Shown: one piece after another, positions 44,333 to 55,213 of the stretch
How the letters are laid out: each line of letters starts with the position of its first letter
Position numbering within the stretch: the first letter of the stretch is position 1
Assembly (NCBI GenBank): GCA_964019335.1
Contig: OZ025740.1
Coordinates: 334,859 to 398,858 of the forward strand
Length of the DNA stretch: 64,000 bases
Source: Diplonema japonicum
Lineage: Eukaryota > Protista > Euglenozoa: Diplonemea
Direction: 5' to 3'
Translations under genes and position numbers: made by a program
The notes under the pieces: model-generated
The model's database searches: none
What the model was told of the DNA's origin: nothing
The model's input: only the letters and a program-made list of their open reading frames with translations

Positions 44333-45864
44333 AATATAATGTTATTGATAAATGAATTGTTTGCTAAAAAGAGTAGTGGTGGCATTGTTGGGCTTATCCT
44401 TCTACAGGTTAACCCCCCTGCTGTGCACAAACAAAAGGCAACCGACAACATGGTTTTTGTACAACCATGGAACACGGGAGTGGGTGGTTAAAAAAAAAGG
44501 GGGGAAATGACGAGAAGGGTGAATGAACTGCTTTTACTGCCATTATTTATTTTTGGTTGGTAAGAAAATAGCTATTAAAAGCTGTTTTATTTTCTGACAA
44601 TTTTGTCGATTTGCCCCCCCCCCCCCCCCCCCTTCTTAGAAAGCATAACGGACACCACTTGCTCTCTCTCTTTTTTTTTTTTTTTTCTTGCAAGGTCAAG
44701 TTCCTAGGTCCTTTGACTTGGTTTGAAAGAAAGAGAAAAAAATAAGAAAAGAAGAAAAAAAAGGGGGGGACGATCGGGTTATAAACTTAACTCTTTAGGT
44801 TTTATACCATCGTACGTACATTACAGTTCCTCTCTCTCTCTTCTCTCTCTCAGCTTTGGCTTTAAATTGCCTTTTCACAGGTATCGAGGGCTCATCTTTA
44901 TGTTCTTTTCAAAACCCATTACTTTTTTGCGATAAGCTGTGTTTAAAAAAAAAAAGGCATTTTGTCCTCTCTATTTTTTTTAATTTCTGATTCAATATTG
45001 GATTCCCTCCTTGAACCCTTTGCTAAGATAGATCGACCTTGGTATCGCCTTCAACGAGGCTTTGTTCACAGGGGCGACTAGTATTGTTGGGATTATCCTT
45101 TCACAACAATCTACTGGCTCTTTAACTCTGAAAGTTGACTCCAAACACTATAGTAGATGGTGCCAGACGGGTGCGAAAGGGTAAAAGTACTTTCCTTTTG
45201 GTTTCAAGTTACCAAGTGGGGGGGGGGGGGGTAGCAGCTTTTTCAAAAGCACTTCTTCGTTGCTTTTTTTTTTTGTTCCCCCTTCTTTTTTTTGAAGATG
45301 AGAACAAGGGGGCGTCTCACAAAGACTTCCTTTAACTCATATATTTTTTTCTTTTTTTCCTTGCGAATTTTATTTTTGCTTAATTTTCATTCTTCTTTTA
45401 TTCCTCCCACCCTGTCTGAATTGGGTAGAGTGGGGTCAAAAAATCTTTTATTTTGTCTGGCGAGAGTACGCTCGTAAGGCTTCGGGGGGGGAGATGGAAG
45501 AAAAAGGGGGGTGCTTTTTTTATCCCTCGTTCCCTTTATACGCTGCAAAACGGACCCGCATGGCGCGAGTGAGATCTCCCCCTCTTTTTTTTCCCCCTCT
45601 TAACCCTTCCCTTTCCTTCCCTTCCCTCCATCCCCCCCACACACCGCCGCTACAGAAGAATGCAATTAACTAACTCCTTTGTTTCCCCCCTGTCCCCGTC
45701 TCACGTGCTTCCTGGTTTTTATTTCTCTCTGGTTTTCTTTACCCCTCTTTTCTTTATTACTTCCATTCAATTTTTTTTTTCTTACGGGGAAACAAGAAAT
45801 CCTGGGGTAGATGAGTAGGGAGTGTCTCACAAAAGACCCCCTTTAACTCATATATCCCCCTAGG

Positions 45865-46527
45865 CATAGTGGTGAGGCGACTCGCATTCTCTCATTCTCG
45901 CATTCTCGCACAAAAAAGATCGGACCCGAAATTCTCGAAAAACGACTCGCATTCTCGCACACTCTCGCACGATTCTCGCGCATTCTCGCACGATTCTCGC
46001 ACATGCTAGTGTGCACTTCAGGTGTGCATGTGTCAAAAATAACCCCCCCTCGACCTTCATACTCCTCCCGAACTAACGCGATCAGTGCGTTCACGTCCGC
46101 CCCCGTGTGTGATTCACCCTCCTTGATGATCCAGGTGAAGGAGGAGGGGATCCTCTGAGTATCCGACCAGCCCAGAAATGTTTGGCACTGGTGGCGTCTT
46201 CGGGGCCCCTTTGCCAGCAGCGTGTCTGGTGTCGGTATCTTCATGCGCGAGCTCCACCAATGGGATGCTGGGAAGGCGTGTTTGCTGCTTGGTGGTGCCT
46301 GCGACCAAACACAACATCGCCCACCGTCTATGAACTCCTGCCCCACCACGGGGCAAAGCACTGCCTGTTGAGGTCCTTCGAAGATTTTGACACTCAGGCA
46401 CCTGGCTTTCCCTGTTGAAGTTTCAGCCAAAAAAAATTCTCGCATCATTCTCGCATGCGAGAATGTGCGAGAATTTGGTGCGAGAATGCGACTCGCATTC
46501 TCGCATGCTAGTCGTCTCACCACTATG
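45865..46527. mobile_element. Internally deleted TIR DNA transposon with (CATTCTCG)n subterminal repeats
   Basis: catagtggtgaggcgact / agtcgtctcaccactatg; cctagg on both flanks; internal minus-strand ESHTGADVNALIALV resembles a hAT transposase segment. Confidence 0.75.
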
Positions 46528-46686
46528 CCTAGGGCTATGTTGGCATGAACGGGGAACGTTTTCGTTTCCTTATTTTCAAAAAAAAAAAAATGCTTGGAAA
46601 CGCGTTTACTTGCCAACAATCCCCCCCCCCCCCCCCCCCCCTGAACGTAAAACAGTAAACGGGAAGAAAGAAAAAGAAAAAAGGAA

Positions 46687-49092
46687 ATGTGGCGCGTTGC
46701 TGACGCCGTCTTCCACATGTTGCTCTGCTGGTCCTGCTTCACTTGTGCGCTTGGCTCTGTAAGTGAATTCGACAGCCTTGTGAACGCGTCGACGACCCAT
46801 TGGACGCTACTTCCGAAAAGGAACATGCTAGAGAACACCCCTAGCCGGAGGCACAAGACATGGGGCACCGTGCTGGGCGACCATTTTTACTTCTTCAGCG
46901 GTGTCAACTACGCCGGGACCTACACGAACGACTTTTGGAGGTTCAGCTTTATAACCTTCGAGTGGGAGGAGGTCAAGGTGGAGGGCAGCGTGCCACCTCC
47001 GGTCGAGAAGTCCCGAATGGTGGCCGACGAGGCACGCAACGCAGTATACCTGTTGCCGGGTAAAGACCAGCTCGGGATGTGGATCTACTATGCGGGGAAC
47101 AATACCTGGGAGGAGATACAGCTGGAAGGCGTGCCAAACAGCTTCGACGTGCCGACCTTTGGAGCCGACTACGCGCCGGCAAACACCCTGTCACACATTG
47201 TCTTTGCGGGGACCGACGGTGCCATCTCTAGCGACTATTGTATTTTCGACAAAACGACGCGAAAATGGCAACGAGGCTCCTACAGCGGGCTTGCCGTGGA
47301 AGACCCCGGTGCGACGGCTGTGGGGTCCTACGCGTACGTTTCGGGCGGCACATTGTCCAGAGGGTCGGTTACACCTAACATAACCCATCGATATGACACC
47401 TTAAACGCCACTGCAGAATGGGAGCCCCTCGACTTCGGCCTTGGAGGCGAAGAGTGGCGAATGTTCAACCCTTACGGGAAGGTGCTGCTCCTCCTCGGTG
47501 ACCCTGGTGGAAAGGGGGTCATAGCTGGCAACGGCATCGCCATGCTCGACTTGGAGGGCGGGGTCAAGGACAAACGGTTCTCAATAGTGAACAAGACCGC
47601 AGGGTGGGTCCCAACTGTGTCGGAGTTCTTCGCGGGGACGTATCGTGGGACCATCATCCTGATGGGCGGGGTGAACAGTTTGCAAGGGAGCGAGTTCTTC
47701 CAACCGGAGATCTACGCCTTCAACCCGAGGCACTGCCCGGGGATGTGCTCCGGGAACGGCGACTGCGTGCTGGCAAACTGCATTTGTCACGACGGACACT
47801 ACGGCCCGGACTGCTCTACGTCCTTCGCTGTTTCGAACAGTGGGAAGGTTGTGTACATCGTGGTTCCCGTCAGCTTCGGTGTCATCCTCATTGCAGCAGC
47901 GGTAGCGTGGAAAGCAACGACGAGGATGCGAGCCTACCGAAGGCTGTACAACAACACACGCGTCGCAGAGTCGATGGCAGACTCCATCGCGAGGATGGAG
48001 CTCGACGAGCTGGACTATCTGGACAATATCCACCATCCGACAAAGGTCCAATCCTCCTTCCTTTCCATCGTCGCGATATTAAAAACCTACAAATTGTTCA
48101 TACCGGATCCTATATTGCAAGGCGCCAAGGGTCTCAACGCCGCGTCCCCAATGTCTGGCGTCTCCCCGATCAGGAGGGACCCTACGCTCACGTTCACATC
48201 GAATTCTGCGCATTCGTCGGAAGGAGGGAACAACAACAACGCGGACTTCAACCAACCACACCAAGGCCCGAGGGTGTCCGTGGGGCAGACTTTGATGACC
48301 AAGACAGAGGTGAAGAAAATTGCTGTATGCGAGTTCCGGATCGTAAGCTACGAGAGATGGACAGAGAAGCAGTCGAATTTATCGCATCAAGTTGGTATCT
48401 TCTCCGATGCCGTGCACGATGTGGTGCAGCTCACACGTGGCACTATCCTCGACGCAGCACTGTCGAGGGGGTCCATCACCTGTGCTTGGAACTTTCAGGT
48501 GCGAAAGGGTTCGCCGGAGTGCTCGGCGGCTGAAGCTGCCATATCGATGGGGAACATAGCAGGCATGACCGTTGTCAAGATCGTCACCAAGTCGCAGGCA
48601 ATCTGCGGCACCCTTGGGGGATCGAATCTCCGTGTTCCTGTTTTAATCGGCCCGTCGTGGGAAACTTGTGAGATCTTGTACAAAATAGCATACCTGCGCC
48701 AAGTGGAGTGTATCACAAATGTGAAGTCCCTGTCGGGCCTGTACCCTTTGATACCAGTCGACATCGTGGCGGGGACGGGGCTTCTTAGTAAGTCGCTAGC
48801 GATACCTTATGAGGTCACAAAGGCTACCCCTATCGCCGCATACGCACTGCTGGTACCGAATACTGCTAACGAGGCTGAATGGATGTACGTTCTTGAGGAG
48901 ATACAGAATAACAACGCGAAGTACCTCGCTGTGATGTCGGTTTATGAAAAGGACGGGGCGGAGGCCGCCGTGGCGCTCATGAAGGGCGGTGCAGAGGAGC
49001 CGCATGGGAACAAGGACAGCTATGATGGGAGCAGGTATCTGTTGGCATCTTTGGGGATGGAGAATATCGCAGTCAAGCGGTTTAGCCTTTGA
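46687..49092 (+). CDS. Receptor-like protein: Kelch-type propeller, EGF-like domain, TM, degenerate class III nucleotide cyclase-like domain
   Basis: Signal peptide; FSG..NDFWRF, YVSGG and ILMGG Kelch-like motifs; CSGNGDCVLANCICHDGHYGPDCS; TM VVYIVVPVSFGVILIAAAVAW; ICGTLG..VLIGP and EWMY in the cytosolic part. Confidence 0.75.
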   Translation: MWRVADAVFHMLLCWSCFTCALGSVSEFDSLVNASTTHWTLLPKRNMLENTPSRRHKTWGTVLGDHFYFFSGVNYAGTYTNDFWRFSFITFEWEEVKVEGSVPPPVEKSRMVADEARNAVYLLPGKDQLGMWIYYAGNNTWEEIQLEGVPNSFDVPTFGADYAPANTLSHIVFAGTDGAISSDYCIFDKTTRKWQRGSYSGLAVEDPGATAVGSYAYVSGGTLSRGSVTPNITHRYDTLNATAEWEPLDFGLGGEEWRMFNPYGKVLLLLGDPGGKGVIAGNGIAMLDLEGGVKDKRFSIVNKTAGWVPTVSEFFAGTYRGTIILMGGVNSLQGSEFFQPEIYAFNPRHCPGMCSGNGDCVLANCICHDGHYGPDCSTSFAVSNSGKVVYIVVPVSFGVILIAAAVAWKATTRMRAYRRLYNNTRVAESMADSIARMELDELDYLDNIHHPTKVQSSFLSIVAILKTYKLFIPDPILQGAKGLNAASPMSGVSPIRRDPTLTFTSNSAHSSEGGNNNNADFNQPHQGPRVSVGQTLMTKTEVKKIAVCEFRIVSYERWTEKQSNLSHQVGIFSDAVHDVVQLTRGTILDAALSRGSITCAWNFQVRKGSPECSAAEAAISMGNIAGMTVVKIVTKSQAICGTLGGSNLRVPVLIGPSWETCEILYKIAYLRQVECITNVKSLSGLYPLIPVDIVAGTGLLSKSLAIPYEVTKATPIAAYALLVPNTANEAEWMYVLEEIQNNNAKYLAVMSVYEKDGAEAAVALMKGGAEEPHGNKDSYDGSRYLLASLGMENIAVKRFSL

Positions 49093-49759
49093 CAAGAAGG
49101 CTTTTTGTTGTGCTGTGTCGCATTTGTGTCGTTTCCACGACGATCTACCACCCCCCCCCTTTTTTTTTCTTCCTTCATACACGGGTTTCCTTCTTTTTTC
49201 GAAACCGCTTTTTTTTTTTTTTTTTTGGACTTAGCCCATTCAAGGGGCCCTGATATACGCCATACAGTAAATAAAATAAATAAAAGTAGTAAAAAGAAAT
49301 ACTTTGCAACGAGAATTGACGAACAGGACGAACGTTTTTGTGTTGTTCTCGTTTTTCGGGAATTCTGGCCCGTTCGCCATTGTTCTGCCGCCTTTCAGGT
49401 TCAGGGGGCCTGTGGAAGAAACCATAAGGTTCGCTAGTTTATTTATGTTCGTCAGTTTTTGTTGTATATTTCCATGGTATTTACGAGTGAAGCCTGTCAA
49501 ATCTATCCTTATTTCAATAGCATGAGCATACTTTTCGTTCGAGTCAGTAGACCCTTGCCCCTTGCCCTTGGCTGCGTGTATGAGATAGTGTATTGCCAAG
49601 GGAAAGTAGGAATTGGAATTGTGTGTTTTCTTTTATATCTTTCTCTTCTTCATCTTTTTACTTCTATTTCTTTGTTCTACTTTTTCGTTCCTCCTCCCCC
49701 CATTATTTTTTTAATTTTAAGATTTAACATCTCGAACCTTCTTCAAGGAAGCCACAACA

Positions 49760-52334
49760 ATGAAGTCGCCGCAGAAAGAAGACATGATGCCGCCGCCGCA
49801 GAAAGAAGACGTGATGCCGCTTGAGAAAGAAGCAGAGAAGTCCGGAGTGGCTGGGATCTCGTTGCTCGGGTGGGTGAGCTTGGGGTGCCTGGTGTTTCAG
49901 AACAGTTCTCTGACGCTGACGATGCGGGCGTCGCGCCTGTCGTCGTCCGGGGAGGACAAGATGTACCTGGCAACGTCTGCGGTGGTGATCGGGGAGGCGA
50001 TCAAGGTGATGGCGTCTACGTGCCTGCTGGTGATGGAGACAGGGAGCGTGGAGGGGGCGTGGGCGGCCATTTACGAGGACATCCTGTCGTCTCCAATGTC
50101 GAACATGCAGCTTCTCATCCCCGCAGGGTTGTACACCTTACAGAACAACATCCAGTACTATGCCGCGTCGAACCTCGACCCCGCGACCTTCCAAGTTCTG
50201 TACCAAATGAAGCTGGTGACGACGGCGATCTTGTCGGTGATACTGCTGAAGAAGAAGCTGTCGAAGACGCAGTGGATCAGCATCTTGATTCTCACCCTCG
50301 GGATCGCACTGGTGCAGACCTCGCAGGGGAGCGAACCGTCGCAGAACGAGAACCAGTTCATGGGGTTCGTCGCTGTCTTCATCGCGTGCTGCACGTCAGC
50401 GTGCGCAGGGGTGTACCTCGAGAAGATCGTGAAGCAGACGAAGGCTTCTGTGTGGATCCGGAACATCCAGCTGGCATCCTTCGGGTTGGTGGTGGGGCTC
50501 TTCGGTTCCTACGCGAAGGACAGGGAGGCCATCATGATGCACGGCTTCCTGCAGGGTTTCGAGCCCATCGTCTGGGTCGTCATCTTCCTCGCCTCCTTCG
50601 GCGGCATCCTCATCGCCGTCGTTGTCAAGTACGCTGACAACATCATGAAGGGCTTCGCCACAGGCCTCGCCATCATCATCTCAGCCCTCGCCTCCGTCGT
50701 CCTCTTCAACTTCGTCATCACGGCACAGTACGTCGTGGGGGCTGCGGTCGTTATTGTGTGTGGGGAGGGGAAGGGAGGGGAAAAAGAAGGGGGAAAGGGG
50801 GGAAAATACCACCAAAGAATAAGCCAACAAAACAAAACTCGATAAAATTCCAAGCCGAATAAAACAAACAAACAAACACACGACTCTATCTGAGAATGCA
50901 GGTGGGGGGGAGGGAAAGGCATAATAATGAAGAAGAAAGAAATTTGAAGAAAAGGGAGGGAGAAAAATATAAGGATAAAAAACACCAACAAACAAACCTT
51001 TTTGAGAAAACTGTCCAAGCTACCAACATAAGCCATGACAGGCTCCTCTGTCTCTGGATACGTAGGTTACAGCCATAAGGATAGCTTTCTTTTGGAACAC
51101 TAAACAAAACGTTAATTTATATAAAAGTTGATCAAACTGCATGATGCCCCGACACGGCATGGCAGGGGTCCTGTTCCCTGCTGTTGCACCAATGTCAATA
51201 TAGCATCTACATAGTGTTCAGTTGTTCCTTGGTTTTCGTTTTTGCATTGCAACGCTACCTTTTTTTTTTATTTATTTTAAAGCTCCAAACGTATGATGTT
51301 CCGTCACAGCATGGCAGGGGCTGGGGGATGCCATTAGGTATCCTGTTCCTTGCTGTTGCACCATGTCGGATGCATCTATGATGAGGTGATGAGGCAGCGA
51401 GATGTCCTTTTTGTTTTTATGGCATTACAAGCATGGTAAAGGTCTTATAAATAGTGTCCATTTCAATAGTGTACATGACAGCTAGAATTCTGCTGTTCCT
51501 TGGTTTTGGTTTTATTTTTTTTCAAGCTGTTGCCACTTGTTGTGGCGTTGCAAGCATGGCAAATGGCTTGGGCTCCCCGTGTCTGGGGTCCCTTCACCCT
51601 TGCTGTGTGGTAGGATGCAGCCACGGCACCTCCAAGAACCAGCCAGCTAGATATCAACTGAGGCAAAAGCATGCTTTCCTCTCCCTCCGGTTTACTTTCA
51701 GTTATAATACCCAACAAAAGCTGACTGCTGCATGATGTTCCGGACACGGCACGGTAGGGGCTGGGGGATCCCAATTAGGTGTCCTGTTCCTTGCTGTTGC
51801 ACCATATGGTCGGTTTTGCATCTAATGAGGTGACCATTGGCAGCGAGAATTCTGTTTTTATTTCTCTCCGGTGAACTGCTTCCTAAAAGGAAGTTCTATT
51901 TTTTCTCTCGTTCTATTTTAAAAAGCTGACAGCTGCATGGTGCTCCGACACGGCACGGTAGGGGCTGAGGGATCCCAATTAGGTGTCCTGTTCCTTGCTG
52001 TTGCACCATATGGTCGGTTTACATCTAATGAGGTGACCATTGGCAGCGAGAATTCTTTTCCTGGTTTTTGTTTTTTTTCAAGCTGTTACCACATGTCGTG
52101 GCGTTGCAAGCATGGCAAAGGGCTTGGGTCCCGCTATCTTTTTTTTTGTTTTAAAGCTCCAAGCGTATGATGTTCCGTCACAGCATGGCAGGGGCTGGGG
52201 GATGCCATTAGGTATCCTGTTCCTTGCTGTTGCATCAATGTCGGATGCATCTATGATGAGGTGATGAGGCAGCGAGATGTCCTTTTTGTTTTTATGGCAT
52301 TGCAAACATGGCAAGGAGCAGCGATGATTCTGTT

Positions 52335-52371
<37 letters not shown>

Positions 52372-53313
52372 TGAACAAGAAAAACAACATAATATTATTG
52401 ATAATGAATTGTTATTGCTAAAAAGAGTAGTGGTAGCATTGTTGGGCTTATCCTTCTACAGGTTAACCCCCCTGCTGTGCACAAACAAAAAATTTACCCG
52501 CCAGCTAGATATCAACTGAGGCAAAATACCCAACAAACAAAGCTGACTGCTGCATGATGTTCCGACACGGCACGGTAGGGGCTGGGGGATCCCAATTAGG
52601 TGTCCTGTTCCTTGCTGTTGCACTAATCTCGGTTTGCATCTAATAAGTGTCCATTGGCAGCGAGAAAATCCTCGAAGTTTTGTGTTCCTTTCCCCCTGCA
52701 CACTGAAACCTTATCGAATTTATGTTTTTATCACACTGTTCACACGCGGGATGCACCCACGGGGTGTTGTGCAATTTCCGGCAGCTTGGAGAGAGCCAAC
52801 AAGGTTTGCAGAAAACGACGGATGAGACGCCCTTTCCCCGCGGACGGGGCCAAGGGTCAGGTCGGAGGCAAGCCTGCGATAGGTTTCAGCAGTTTACTTT
52901 GAGTTATATTTTTAAAGCTGACTGCTGCATGATGTTCCGACACGGCACGGTAGGGGCTGGGGGATCCCAATTAGGTGTCCTGTTCCTTGCTGTTGCACCA
53001 TATGATCGGTTTTGCATCTAATGAGGTGACCATTGGCAGCGAGAAAATTCTTTGTGTTTTATGGCATTGCAAGGCATAATGTGCCCATATTCTTGTACTT
53101 CTTTTTTTTTTCCCCCTGAAATATCTTTTTCGAGGGGACTCAAAAAAAAAAAAATATAAAAAATACAAAAACAACCACCCACAGGCTTCCGTGTATCTGT
53201 ACTCTGTGAACAATGCTTGCAGCTGCCTGTTCCCCGTGGCTGACGAGGCGACAGCCAAGATGGTGGCCAAGGAGGTCCCATTAATGGAGAAGAAGGACGA
53301 CGAGAACCCGTAG
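49760..53313 (+). CDS. SLC35A-family nucleotide-sugar (UDP-Gal/CMP-Sia-like) transporter copy A; exons 49760-50755 and 53185-53313
   Basis: PAGLYTLQNNIQY, DPATFQVLYQMK, GVYLEKIVK, SVWIRNIQL, VKYADNIMKGF. A phase-0 GT..CACAG intron joins GAAVVI to ASVYLYS, completing the last TM. Confidence 0.9.
51125..53065. repeat. Intronic array of modules A/A'/B
   Basis: Same modules as 32420-35826; 52105-53045 is nearly identical to 34407-35349. Confidence 0.9.
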
Positions 53314-55213
53314 GGAGATTTTTTTCATCCAAAAAAGAAAAGAAGAAGAAAAAAAAAAGAAAAGAAGAAGAAAAAAAAAAAAAAAAAAAAAAAAAACCAA
53401 ACCTTTTTTTACTTGAGTCACGGCAGCTCTTGTTCAGCTACTGCGGGCTAAACGCCGACTGTAGCACACACATCACGTTGCCCTTTTTTTTTTGTTTTTT
53501 TTTTTTTTTTTTTTGTTTTTTTTGGCGGGCCGTTGCAAACCACTTCGTTCCTATCATAGTGAATTTTTTTTCTTTTTAAATTTATATTCAGATTCTGAAT
53601 TATGAAACCCTTGAAAAGGAAATCACAGTAACAAGCAAGCGTGTTCATGAAGTGAAGCATTTGCTTCATTTTCTTTTTTAATTTTTAAACTTCATGTCGA
53701 CCTATCTGTTCAATTGGGTGAGACTTCTAGTAGGCCGGGTGATAGCGGCACTCCCTACGCACGTTGGGTTACTACAACGGCTCCAAAGGGGCTACTCCTC
53801 TAGACCGTTATTCGCCTCCCCAGAGACAACTGTACAACTATTGTGTCCTTACCAACTCGGTTGAGGCTTTATACCTAAGGTACCGAGGAGGGTGAGCGAG
53901 GGGTCGAAGGCCACACCACAGCAGAAAAGGTTCGATCAAGAGATAGGTTGAGACTCTTCAGGCGTCCTGCCACATACCGCAGGTACCCTTAAATGTCTCT
54001 TTTTTTTTTATTGGGAAAGTATTGTTGAAAAGAAATAAAAACACGGGAGGGGGAAAAAAAAAGAAATTGTAGGAAGGGTGTGTAAAAACCCTTTGAAAGA
54101 CTGTGGATTAGCCCCCCCCCCCTCCCCTCGCCTTTCTGTTTTCTCCTTGATCATGTCCCCCCCCCCCTTTTTTTTGAAGCGTCCTGCCACACACCGCAGG
54201 TACCCTTTTTCCCACCTTCCTTCTTCTTGTTCGCCTTCGTGTAGTTTTATCTTTTTTTTAAAGGGTGGTCCTCAAGTGGGATTAGCCCTTACACATAGCT
54301 TGTTAAAAAAAAAGGTGGGTGGGGCTTCTCTTTTTCTATAGTGGAAGCTCCCGCAGAGGGCATCTCGCTTGCGCTGGCGAAGGTCCCACACACCAGCACA
54401 CGTATTTAGTTCATTTAAGATATTGATTCAGTTCAAAGCAAGGTAAATTTTGCTAAAATGAGGTACGAAAAAGGAATGCAACTAACAACCCCACAAACCT
54501 GTGATTGGTAAAAACTTAAACTGAGATTTTCCGCACTTTTTTCCCTTTTCTTTTTTTTTGAAACATCCCTTTTTCCACCCCCTGTCTGATTTTTTAAAAA
54601 AAAAAAGATACTGATCTGCTTTTTTTTTTCTCTCTCTCTTTTTTCTTCTTTTTCTTACTTTCTTGTCACCATTGCCCCCTCCCCATGTGGAGTGCACCTT
54701 GGAGACCCAGGGTGAGTGGCAAAAAAAGGTAAAGGGGAAGGGGGATGGGATGGGTTCTTTTTCGTTTTTTTTCCCCCTGGGCCCCTTCAGGGCTATGCTG
54801 TTTTTAAATCCTTTTTTTCTTCTTTTGATATCAGAGAGCCCGCGGGGTGCGTGTTTTATTTTTATATTTTCTTTCTTTAAGTGAGGATTAATTAAAGTAC
54901 AACAAAATATTACTTAACCCTTGAAAACCAGAAGTGGCTGGATATGTAAAAAAGAAAAAGAAAAAGAATAGCAATTCACATATATAATTGGGAAAAAAAA
55001 AAAAGTTAATATATTCAGCTCTGGTCTTTTATGGGTTAAGTTTGATTTCTAGTAAACAATCTGAACAGCAAGAAGACAGAAGACAGAAGACGGTCAAACG
55101 ACCAGTGCGTGCCCCCTGTCCCCCTCCTTTTTGTGTGCATTCTTTTTTTGCTGCATTCGAAGCTATTCTTATCAACATCTACACGAACAGGGCAATAGGG
55201 TGCTGAGTATTAG

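Noticed and set aside
42179-45477. Numerous short Lys/Phe-rich ORFs
   Set aside because: Translations of poly-A/poly-T tracts in non-coding DNA.
46071-46079. AACTAACGC matching the kinetoplastid SL 5' end
   Set aside because: Only 9 nt, not followed by SL sequence, and inside a transposon fragment.
50756-50845. ORF-track C-terminus VCGEGKGGEKEGG.. of the transporters (also 56237-56326)
   Set aside because: Intron read-through; the spliced form restores the conserved final TM helix.
53870-53995. Additional HDV-like folds (minus strand here; also near 15857-15915 and 62915)
   Set aside because: P3/L3-like strings are present, but P1, the P1.1 GG or J4/2 could not be completed.
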